Positions 1-12,400 of a stretch of 64,000 nt of DNA are shown piece after piece (position 1 is the first letter of the stretch; each line of letters opens with the position of its first letter). The notes beneath the pieces were generated by a model that was not told the DNA's origin, did no database searches, and was given only the letters and a program-made list of their open reading frames with translations. The position numbers and the translations under genes were made by a program. The DNA is from Bugula neritina. Taxonomy: Eukaryota; Animalia; Bryozoa. The DNA lies in NCBI GenBank assembly GCA_964035545.1, contig OZ037771.1:3731628-3795627 (forward strand). The letters run 5' to 3'.

Positions 1-256
1 AAAGTTTTTTCTGCTTTTAACCTGTGGTACCAACTATGAGTGGGTCTTTGTGATTATTTGAATTGCATCATAACTATTGATCAAATATAAAAAACTATTT
101 AGCAAATAAGAGCCGACATTGTAATGGAGTTGTCTTTCCAATGCAGTCCATGTCAGTTTTACATAGTCTGTAATAAAAAAAAGGGTGATGATTCCATTAG
201 CTAAAAGTTAAAATGCCACTACATTAATATGCTAATTACTGCCAATATACTTTCAG

Positions 257-1755
257 GAAGTGCACTAGTTGGTCGCGCTATGAACTGCAGGCCTGTACTA
301 AGAAAAGCGTATAACGATATGCTGGAGAAATACGATGCCCTGATTATGCCAACCATACCTTTTGTTGCTGCTAAACTACCTACAGCTGAGCTAACTCCAG
401 CAGGTAAGATGTGCCATTCGTTAGTCAAGTAACTCTTTTAACTAGAAGTCAACTTTATCACAAAGCTTTTATAAAGAAGACAACCCCTAAATCGAAAGGA
501 AAACTGTTATTTCAGTTTTCTACAGTATATACAGAGAAGCAGATTTGTAGCATCAAAGCATATATTTATTCAAAATTTGAGAAATAAGCTGTCTTTTAAA
601 TATGATGACCCTGAACTAAGGCAGACTAAAAGTTAAAAACTCAAAAAAATCTAAAAATATAAATTTATGCATTTAATTATCTCTTCATTACATTAAAATT
701 AGACGCTTTATCTAATTTTTCAATTAAAATAAAGTATAATATAGCAAAGTAATTTTCACTATAATGTGTGTACAACTTTATAGTCTTTTTAATTTTCAAC
801 TTGTCGAAAATCCAAAATAATTATATACTATGAAACTATTTTACTGATACTTCAGTTCAGACAAGAGCAACAATATTTAACTCACTACCAACACATTTTA
901 CTGACTTATTCTATTTTATTGATTTGTAGAGTGTGTGGAACAGACACTGTTCAACACAGGAAACACAGCACCGTTCAATCTGAGTGGTCATCCCGCTCTA
1001 ACCATCAACGTCGGGAATGTTGTTCCCGAAGATGCAGACGTATGTGTAGTTCTTGTCTAGTGTTAGTTTTGTTGTTGATCCAAAATCCAAAATTTAGAAT
1101 GTGTTATTTGAGAAAAAGTAGTTGTGTTGGAAGTATTTTTAGTTGACATCTTTATTTGATGTTATTATATTTATTGGATATCAGTATTAATGTATAATAT
1201 AGTAATACATAAATATAGCCTATAGTATGTTATATATCATATGAAATATTGATATAGCACGATGAAATATTATTGCAATAATATTAATATAATATAGTAA
1301 AAGCAAAGTACAATAATATTAACATATAATATAGTGAAACATTTTTATATTACCTTATTAATATATTTATTGTGTATTGATAGTAATATATAATGTAGTA
1401 ATATTAATTTGTTGGTGAAGATTGATGCATATTTTATATTAAAAGCAACCAATTTGACAAATATGCAAATTATAACATGGAAGCCTATAGTTATGTTTTA
1501 ATATCAACACAGAAGAAAAACATTAGGCTAATATTTTGTACATATTTTGTAATAAATACATTTTAATCAATTTCAATTTTTTCACGTTACTTTAGATTGT
1601 GCAGCTGCCTTTCAATTTTGTAGCCAATGAAATTAGATGATGCTACCAAATTGCCTGTGGGCCTACAAATTGTGTGCAAGCACTACGAAGAGGCAAAACT
1701 TTTGGATATTGCTTTTGGAGTAGAGAAGATAATGGCCCAAGGGTTCAAAGTCTAG
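257..1755 (+). CDS. Amidase-signature family amidase, paralogue 1 (3' part only; exons 257-403, 930-1039, 1624-1755)
   Basis: GT-AG exons join in frame: ...[13 protein letters not shown]...[18 protein letters not shown]...[34 protein letters not shown], a typical AS-amidase C-terminus. Exons and introns are paralogous to 15215-16648. The 5' part lies upstream of the window. Confidence 0.93.
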
Positions 1756-2206
1756 CCTATAAGACTGCATTTCAACTGATTAATTAAGGGGGAAAACTGA
1801 GTACTTAGCTCATGTATTTACATGTGTGTAGTATAAAACTGCCTACATATTATTTCATATTATACAAGCAAACCTTATGCACATTCCCTAGTTTTGGAGT
1901 TATAATTCCATGGTAAAAATAAAAAAATCTGGTAATAATATATTTTCTTAGCTAGTAGAGTAGTTTGTAGTTTTATATTATGTTATTAGTAGATTTTTAT
2001 AATCACATTGCTATATAATCCATAAAAATGTTTCATTTTTAATTTAGCACCAGGTGCATTTTTATAAATAAATCTATATGTAGGGTGCATATAATATAAT
2101 ATGATCAATTTACAAAAATAAATTATCAATAAATGACTTTTACCTATATAAATTTAGGTTTTAATAAATAATGTAGAAAGGTTTGGTTCAAGACTAGTAG
2201 CTAGTA

Positions 2207-2718
2207 GGTTTCATCCCAGATAGACGCTTCCCAGATAGACGCTATATTTATTTATCTCGGTACAATATAATATATCCCATGTGCAATTTATTTGAATATT
2301 ATTGAAATATATGTATATTTAAATAAACTTGGATCAATTGCTTGTTATTTAGCACACAAATAAATTCCTTTGATCTGCATTAACTTCTTAATTTTGCATT
2401 TTCTATACTTCCTGTTGTTTGAAAAGATATTTTGTTAAAAAGTATTCATTAAAGATCATATCTATTATTAATGTATTACTGCTTTTTTTCCATACACATA
2501 TTCATGAAAATTGGAATATTATCCTAGGACCTAGATAATTTATATTAGCCATTATAGCTACTATTAGCTATAGCTATTTAGTAATCAATGCAACATTTAT
2601 ATAGGTATGTTACTACATGTAATTACACCAAAATAAAAAATAGCGTCTAACTGGAAAGCGTCTAAGCGGGAAATTTAGCCTAGGATCTAACTGGGAAGCC
2701 TCTATCTAAGATGAAACC
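2207..2718. mobile_element. Non-autonomous TIR element (MITE), family A, with 8-bp TSD
   Basis: Termini GGTTTCATC...GATGAAACC, subterminal 15-bp repeats (TCCCAGATAGACGCT), TSD AGCTAGTA at 2199-2206 and 2719-2726. Absent from the paralogous site near 17085. Confidence 0.9.
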
Positions 2719-3463
2719 AGCTAGTATACACTACTAAATACAAAAGCCATATTTAAGTTTATGTGGAGATTTGTTGTACAAAAAAACCATCACAAGTAGA
2801 GATGATTGTCGTAATTAATTATATTTTTGGAACTAAAAACTGTTTTTCATTGGTAATAGATATCCATTATGTAACAACAGCCTTCTTGGTCAATTGTTTG
2901 TTCGTTGCTGAACACATGTATCTTTAGAAATAATAAAGCAGATGTCTGGTGTCTGAGTTAATAGCCTAGATATTAATTATTCTTTGCAGACAAAATATCT
3001 GTAAATGTTCAGTTTCAGGCACCTACCACAGATAAATAGCTGCATTTATTTTTACACTTTACGGTACTTAACTTTCTAGTAAAATACAGAAATCAGCTAG
3101 TCTGGCCAATTAATTAACTAAGTTTTCCTGTCACAAATCCATAGCAGATTTTTTGCAGTGACTTCGAAACTCAAGAGTTACCTTGTTTAGCAGAAGTGTT
3201 CATTGAGCAAGGGGCCATATTGCCATAAACAGTTTTTTTGGCATATTTCGGTTACATGCATACACTAGCTAATGCACATGTAGGCTATCACCAGGGTAGT
3301 CTTATACCGTCTATATTTTATATATTTCTCACTGTATAATATTATGACTGAGCTGATAACATTGGCTCAAGTGCATGCTATCATATTTCACAGATAAATA
3401 ACATATTATCAGGTTAGCAGTGACAGTCAGTTGGTAACTGCAGACAGATCTGTGAGGTTTGAC

Positions 3464-6400
3464 ATGGCAGACCAGGTGACATCATGTAAGTACTGGTTGC
3501 TCAATTCATACATAGTCATTTTCTAGAAAAAGATAGTAACCTCACTGGTAGGTTATCTCAGATAGACGCTTCCCAGATAGACGTTATTTATTTACATTGG
3601 TACAATACATATTGTATGAGCAATTTATTTAAATATTATTTAAATATTATATATGTATATTTAAATAAAGCACATATTGAGTACATATAAAATAAATCTC
3701 TTTGATCTGCATTAACATATTAATTTTACATGTTTTCTGCTTCTTGTTTAAACAGATATTTTGTTAAAGAGTATTCATTATTTAAAGATAATGTTTATTA
3801 TTACTATATTATTACTGTTTTTTTTGTCCCACACAAATCTATGAGAATTAGAATATTATTCCAGATAATTCTTGTTAGCTATTATAGCTATTAGAATTTT
3901 AGCTATTTAGCAATGGATGCAACAGTTATATAGGTATGTTACTATAAAATTATATGGCACCAAATAAAAAATAGCGTCTATCCGGGATGAAACCAAATCA
4001 CCATCATCTACACAGTCATTCATTCCTTTCTCACTGGAAATGTGGCAATCAGTAGATATGTTTGACAATGTCGAGCTACTTACTGGTAATCCACCATAAC
4101 ATGTTTATAGTTCTTTCTTGTGAGTTACTCATGTATCAGCAATAATTGCTATGAGAAACACAAATGCATTCTACAGTTAGTATTCTGCTGTAGATATCCC
4201 TTTAATTGAGCCAGCCTCTCTCGAAGATTTATCTCAGATATCTAATGAACTCAAGCTTGGTATTGCTGAACATGAAAACAAAGACTATTTGGGTAATTTA
4301 TTACTTTAAGCAGTTTGTACAGTGAATGGTGGTACTAGGGCTAATGTGAAAAGGTCTAATGTGGGTCAGTTATCTAATTATAACAGTCCATGTTTTCCAG
4401 GAAATAGCTACATATAGGTTTCAATCATATCTGAATTAGTCCACCTGAATGTCCCAGTAAAGAGTCTGCAAATGGACTTCTTTTTCAGTCAATATACCCT
4501 TTTCCAATGTCTTCAATATCCCCTTACAATTAAGAGTTGTGTCCTCCCAACATGAAAAATAAAGAAAATATGCTTGAACGCATTTTTGTGGTTTTGGTTA
4601 CTGAGCAATGCTGAAATGGCAACTATGATTAAATCCTAATAAACATTTGTTGTCCAGTCTGTTATGACCATGCAATTTATAGCTGTTGATCTTTCAACTC
4701 TGTGGTCCAGTTTCACTGCTCGTAACACGTATTTACACACTGCCTGCTCAGCAACTTAGCTGTGTTATAGCATGTGCACTTAATTTATATACTTTGAAGA
4801 GTTTATGCTACATTATGTTCAGAAGACCTTGAATGCTTTACATAGTTTCATGTTTTGGCTAAAACTTCTTTAAAAGAAAAATATTACCAAAAAAATCAAA
4901 GCTCAGTTTATGCAAAAATTTATTTAAAAGATTTTATTTTTAGGCAAGCATTTTTTCATTCAATATAATCTTGAAATATTTTGCCTGCCCTATATCTTTA
5001 TCACATATTTTACAACAGGTCTAATATTTTTGCTTAAAAGTTTTAATTGCAATGTTATACTTGATGTTAACTCGCTCATGCCTATTCTAAGATAAGAGCT
5101 GTAATATTCTAATCAGTGCTGTCGTGACTTATAGCCAACCTCTAAAATTTTATGTCATCCAAATGCGAGTCTCAAATAAAAGAAATATAGGCATTATAAT
5201 ATTTTGTGACCCAGAATCAGCCAAGCCAGCTGTAAAACTGCAGCTAAGTTTTAATATGACTAGCTTTGGATTGTTGCTCTGTCCCGATATTTAGAGCATG
5301 AAAAGTTGAGAAGCTATAATATGAAATAGTTTCACTGAAAACCCAAGCAAAAACTTAATAGCTCAATTTTATCAACATGCTTTCACTGCTTCACTTGTAA
5401 GAATCTGCTTAATACTTTTCAACCAGAATTCCCTTCTGAAGTGGTTTTCAGAGGGGACGGAGCAATATTCCGAAGGCCCATTAGTCCGAAGGCCCATTAG
5501 TCCGAAGGTTCATTAGTCCGAAGGTCCATTAGTCCGAAAATTAGTAGACACATGATAGTAAAGAGCATCCTCACTGAGAATATCATTGATTTCACTCACA
5601 ATCTAGTCTAAGTTCTTGCTCTGTTAATACTGTATGTGGGTGGCATGCGTGTTGCCTACTTGCGATTGTTTAGCCTGAGATTACACTATGACCAGAAAAC
5701 AGCTGCCTCAATTAGGGCTGCATCATCTATCAACATTCCATTATGGCTGCTTTATAAACAAAGTACACAGCAAGCTATTCACTAGCCTGTCAGCTAGCAA
5801 GCCTGTAATTAGTATGTACGCATCAGTATCTTCTCATCTCTAAGTGTTCACTGAAGCATGAAGTGCTGCGCAGTGATGATAACTTAGGAAAAAAAATTAC
5901 TAGCATTTAATTAGTATTACTTATTTTACAATTAGTGTAAAATGACAGGGGACTGCAATTCTATTCTAGCTACAGTCAGTCAGCTTATATAGGCCCTTAA
6001 TGTTGACTATTTATAAACTGAAAAACTAAAGTAAATACATGAAACCGGTAAAATTAAAGCCAAGCAAACATTTTGTGTCCACTGTACTGTATTTATGATA
6101 AGCTTGGTAAAAAATTACCGGGCACCTCATAACTTATAAAAAAGGTTGCATTTGAAGTTAGCTGCAAAAAAATAATGGTTTATTTTAGAATTTTGCTATT
6201 GAATGTAATATAGTAAATCTCTGGCTTTGTAGTTATTTATTTAGTATCACATTCAATCTCTTTAATTATCTGTAAGCTGCTAAGCTGCATTATTATATTA
6301 ATCAAATTATGCATATATCTATATTTCACTTAAAAATATCTCTTTGTAATTAAAAATATCTTTAATTAGGGATATCTGTAAAAATGCATTGTAGACTAAA

Positions 6401-9400
6401 AATTATAAACATCCTGGACACTACTCTAAGATCAAATAAACAAAGCTGCACACCATAATATACCAAACCAAACAAATCCACAAGATATGTCGATAAGGGC
6501 AACCTTCTAGCTTTAACTGCCTGGCTGGGGCCACACTATTGGTATATAAGAATTCAGTCCAGCCAAATAAAACCTCACCTAATTGTGCTATAGAATCAAA
6601 ATTTAAAAACCATGTTGTAGATCTTTCTGTTCCTCAAAGCAACTTTTTTGAAATTTTCAATAGCTTTCATAGATTTTCTATAAAATATAAGTGATTTATA
6701 CACTGCAAGTATGATTTTTTCCTAAGTTATCATCACTGAGCAGCACTTCATGCTTCAGTGAACACTTAGAGATGAGAAGATACTGATGCGTACATACTAA
6801 TTACAGGCTTGCTAGCTGACAGGCTAGTGAATAGCTTGCTGTGTACTTTGTTTATAAAGCAGCCATAATGGAATGTTGATAGATGATGCAGCCCTAATTG
6901 AGGCAGCTGTTTTCTGGTCATAGTGTAATCTCAGGCTAAACAATCGCAAGTAGGCAACACGCATGCCACCCACATACAGTATTAACAGAGCAAGAACTTA
7001 GACTAGATTGTGAGTGAAATCAATGATATTCTCAGTGAGGATGCTCTTTACTATCATGTGTCTACTAATTTTCGGACTAATGGACCTTCGGACTAATGGG
7101 CCTTCGGACTAATGGGCCTTCGGACTAATGGGCCTTCGGACTAATGGGCCTTCGGACTAATGGGCCTTCGGACTAATGGGCCTTCGGAATATTGACTAGT
7201 CACCGTTTTCAGATGCTTCAGTTTTATGTTGCAATTTGATGAGTTGGGAAACTTGGACATTTAGGTGCAGTAGTGGTTAGCCTATAAGCTTAGCTTTTTA
7301 CCTATTCCATTATATAACTACGATTCAACCTACCACCTACATTAACTAGAATCTTGAGTCTACTGCAGCTGATGGAGATGACTACTACACACAAAGTAGG
7401 TGCAGTAATAGAGGAATGGAGAAAAGCCTGTGTTCTAGATTAGAAAAGTAGCAAAAGAAGTTATGTTGTGCTCAACACCAAAATTTATAAAGAAATTTAA
7501 AGAACTTAGGGTATATCTCAATTTCTCCACTACTGCTCCTAAATGCTATAAGCCACAGGCATAATATTAAGAAATAACAAACTGTAACACAAATACCTGA
7601 ATGCCAACAGCTAAAAGGCTATCTGGTTTTTAATTAAATTATCTAAACATATTTATTTGAGCACAATTGTTACAATTGTAATAGATGCATAACCTGCTAG
7701 AAAATTAAACCACATGTATTAATCCACACTTCATATTCGTTTGATATTATAAATTTAATATGTCTATTTCATGTATATCTATAATTTTGTGAGAACGTTT
7801 TTTGTGAAAATGATGGATATTGAGGTAGTCTAGCTATAATTAATTGAAAATGCTAAGACAGCTAATCTGCTGTCTCATTCACAATCAGTGCTTTAAGACT
7901 GTGTTAACAGCAGTCTGACCAAAGAGTTGAAAGGTCAACAGCTATAAATTGAACATGACAGCCAGCACACTTAGCTTAAATATTTGTTTCTCTTCTAGAA
8001 GTTATAAGAATATATTGACTACATGTGTTAACATACCGGATTTATAGTAGGGTTAACCAATTTTGCTTTCATACCGAATATGTTTTGGTAGATCTTAATA
8101 TTAATTCACATTACTAATTTAATTCTTTGCAATTCTTACAGAGATTGTAAATGGTTGGTTGAAGAGTTCTGAAGGCTTGAGATTGATTGAAGAGGAAACA
8201 GTGCCTGTCCTGTATCCAAGGATTCCAGGAGTGAAGCCTGCAAGGAAGGATAACCCCCACAATGCATGGTAATATATTTTTAAACGTTTTAATATTATTC
8301 TAAAATACCAGTCTGGCACAGGACACAACATTGGATGATGAAGTAATAATTGCCAGAAGCAGGTTTGGCTTCTGATGTCACAGTGAAATAAACCTTTTGG
8401 TATGCTGGTTTTAGACTTTGGTATATATATACTGCTATATACTCTACCATACTCTACTATACTATACCATACTATACTATACTATGCCCTACTTTACTCT
8501 ACCCTATTATACTATACTATACTGTACCATACCATACCATACCATACCATACCATACCATACCATACCATACCATACCATACCATACCATACCATACCAT
8601 ACCATACCGTACCGTACCGTACCATACCATACCATACCATACCATACCATACCATACCCTACCCTACCCTACCCTACCCTACCCTACCCTACCCTACCCT
8701 ACCATACCATACCATACTATACCATACCATACTCTACTCTACTCTAGCTTAGTCTACTTTACTCTACACCTCTTCATTTTACTTTAATTTAAGGGTTTTT
8801 AAATTTGAACCTTCCAATAGCTGTGTAAAGTTGATACACAAAAGATACTATCTTTTAGGGCAACAAAAGTAACGATAAAAGGAGAAGACTCTGGACTCTT
8901 GGCTGGGAAAACTGTTGCTATAAAAGATAACGTGTTTGTAGCTGGAACTCCTCTATCGAATGGTTCCAAGATATGGGAGGGGTACACTCCAGAGTTTGAT
9001 GGTACAGTGATTACCAGGATACTACAAGCAGGTAATATTATATAGGAAGTGAACTGCGCAGGTTACAAGATCTGCAGTGTAAATCTGTTTATCTGAAAAG
9101 GAATCATTTTTCGTACATTCTCTCTGGTTAGAGATCAACCCTTATAATGCACATGTAAATAAAGACTATCATAAACAAGTAACCTGGTGCAGCCGTTACT
9201 AAGCAACACTCACCAACATAAACAGACTCATAGAAACCGTTTATTGTTATTTTTAAAGCCCAGATCGCTGTAAGAAGAGGAGATAAACCAGAATTCTATT
9301 TAGAAACTAGTAATAAAATAAGCTCATGCATTTGTGAGGGAGGGGGAAAGCTGGGTTGGTGGTAAATAACTTTCCTGTTTTTTATGTGGGAGCACTCATA

Positions 9401-12400
9401 GTCTACTGGTTAGAGCACTTAGTGAACACAAGGCCAGTGGCTTGAAGCCCAGTAAACGCCATTGGTGATGTTAGGAAAGCCATTCAGTCATAATTTTTCT
9501 CTTATAATAGAAAACAAGTCCTTAGCACTTCTTAAAATATAGTAATCTGGTGATAAATTACATTATACTTACATAGAATATTATATAACATAAGGTGGGA
9601 CTATTCTGGGAAAATCAACATGCGAGAATCAGTGCTTTTCAGGAAACAGTTTTACTAGTGCCAGTGGCCCGGTCCTGAATCCTGCAGACCAGACCAGATC
9701 TGCTGGAGGCTCTAGCTCTGGAAGTGCAGTTCTTGTAAGTGTGTCTTGATCCTAAAAGCTTCCACAATACAGCAATTGTGAATGTTTTGGTACACTGAGA
9801 TGTTAGAGGAATGCTGTGATGATAGTTGGGTGTTTTCATGTCCTCACCAACATACATAGTGTAAAATCATGAGGTAGATGTGCTATTCAGTGACTTACAT
9901 TCACTTCAAATAAAGGTTTTTCAGAGGTCCCGATATCCCCTTTACAATTTAAAGTTGTGTCCTCCCAAAGTGAGTAGGTTCAACCTTTTTATAAGGAGCA
10001 AGCTCATTAAAAAATTTAAGCTTGTTTGCTACTTGAAATCTTAATTATGCTAGAGAATTATTCTTTTGGGAGATAAATATTTTGGTATAAGCGTACATAT
10101 TAGCAGCTCACAAAAAATAGCTAACATCAAGTACATGTATAACACCACAATTAAAACTGTTGATAAAAACAATTAGACCTGTTGTAAAATATGTGAGGAA
10201 GATATAAGGCAGACAAAATATTTCAAGATTAGATTGAATGAAAAGATGTCTGCCTAAATAACATAAACTATTTTAAAGAAATTTTTGCATAAACTGAGCT
10301 TTGCCTTTTTGGTAATATTTTTCTTTTAAAGGAGTTTAACCCCTTGTTCACACATTGCCGGACTGTACATCGTAACAGCAAATGTCCGCCATCTTTGATA
10401 ACATCCGGGCTGAATCGTACCCCGGTATACGTTGCGGCATCGATCAAGCAGTGCTTAATTCAAAAACTTATGGTGGGCTCCCATTGGGTAGAGTTGATCT
10501 GGTACTAAAATTTAAAGAGCGTTTTTCGCTAATTTATTTTAATAGCTTATTGTTTATTCAATTTGACTAATTCAAAAGTTTTAAAGAATTAAAAATTAAA
10601 TTAAACTCAGCTTAAAAATCTAGCTTTCCCTAATTACAAAAGCACGCGAACTAAAACTTAAAAATTATTTAGACAGCTTATTATCTAAATTAGTTTGCAC
10701 AATTATTTTAAGGACGCATATATTTAAAAGAGAGACTTCTTTTAATTGCTTTTATTTAGTCAATAACATATTTTCTGTCGTATCTTTTGAGAAGAATGTT
10801 GAGACATATAAGTGAATAATATTTAAAGGCGCACAAGTCACCGCAGACAAGAATTAGCCTTATGATGATTGGTCACAGCTCAACGTCATGCGTTGTACTT
10901 TTCGTCAGTGTGTGAACGCTTGTTGACAAAACGTAACAGCCGCGCCATTTTGTTTGTGTTGTTTGTGCGCATACAATACGGCAATGTGTGAGCAGAGGGA
11001 TAAAGTGCATGGCCATGACAGCCAGCAGAACAAATGACTGATGGTACTTTAGCATTGCTCAGCAACCAAAACCACAAAATGTGTTCAGGTTTGTTTTGTT
11101 CAAAAACTTCCATGTTGGGAGGGCACAACTCTTAATTGTAGGGAGACCTCTGAAAAGGGCCTATTGGGACTTTTTAAACTGAAATTTTTATATGCATATG
11201 TATAATAATATAATATTAGGTAGGAGTTCTACTCAAAAGTTTGTTTATTTTTTGTTGTTTAAATTTTTGCATTCAACACTGAGTTGTGGTCTCAACAAAC
11301 TAACAATGAAGTTTTCAGTCTAGCCTAAAGAGATGCAATGGGTTTCTGAATAACGGCATAGAATTTGGAAACCTTTTGATATACTCGTATATAGCTTATA
11401 AGATATTTGATTTTTGTAGATAGCCGCTGGAGAAGTGGACATGGCTATTGGTGGAGATCAGGGGGGTTCTATACGCCTCCCCAGCAGCTGGTGTGGCTGC
11501 GTAGGACTGAAGCCAACATTTGGTTTGGTGCCTGTAACAGGATCTTTAGGTAATGGAGGCTTTCAAATGTTAAGAAGTAAAGAAAATACTATAAAATACA
11601 AACTTTTATTTCATAAACTTTACATTTTACATAAAATATCTGTTGCTATAATAATACAATAGAACTCTACATAATAATATTCTATCATTTATAATTGATG
11701 ACTAGTAAATTACTGCACAACTAGTTTAATAATGATTGTCAGAATTTCTTAGGTATGGAGCCTTCTGTTGATTACCTTGGCCCAATGGCCTCTAATGTTA
11801 CTGACGTAGCAAAGCTGTTAGAAGTCATTGCAGGATATGATAGCGGAAGAGATCATAGACAGAATCCCCATGTGACAATACCTAAATACAGTCAATTGGT
11901 AAGTTCCCATGTGCAAACATTACCTGTAGCATTGCAATGCATTCTGAGAATAACAAGATACACTGTAATAAACTTATTACACTAAGCTCCTCATGTTTTA
12001 TACTTATTTAAAACCATACAAGCTTTACAGACCAAGCAATAAAATATTATGTTTTAATATGTCCTGTACGTACACTTTATTACAGCTGCGACATGTTTCA
12101 GTAAAGTTATTCTATGATTTCAGCTGAAAGGAGATTTGACTGGTGTTAAGTTGGGCTATGTTAAAGAGGGATATGAACATGCTACTCCTGGAGTTAAGTC
12201 AGCAATGGCTGACGTAATAAATCTGATGACCAACTGTGGTGCTGTTGTTGAAGAAATCAGCATTCCTTTACACCTTCAGGGTATGTGTCTACTTATTTAA
12301 TTATTTACTCATCTTACTATATACTTATTGTATCACATGCACCCTGATTATAGTTAGAAAAATCAACGGATTAATGGTGTCTTGTGGAGTGATATATATT

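Noticed and set aside
5469-5538. 16-bp repeats (also about 7072-7188) as a CRISPR array
   Set aside because: Head-to-tail units with no spacers, inside transposon TIRs, in a eukaryotic intron, and no cas genes.
8402-8752. YHTIP-repeat ORFs (116 and 109 aa)
   Set aside because: Translation of an intronic pentanucleotide microsatellite.
10382-11128. Short ORFs inside the nested elements as a transposase
   Set aside because: No recognisable DDE or other transposase motifs; the elements are non-autonomous.
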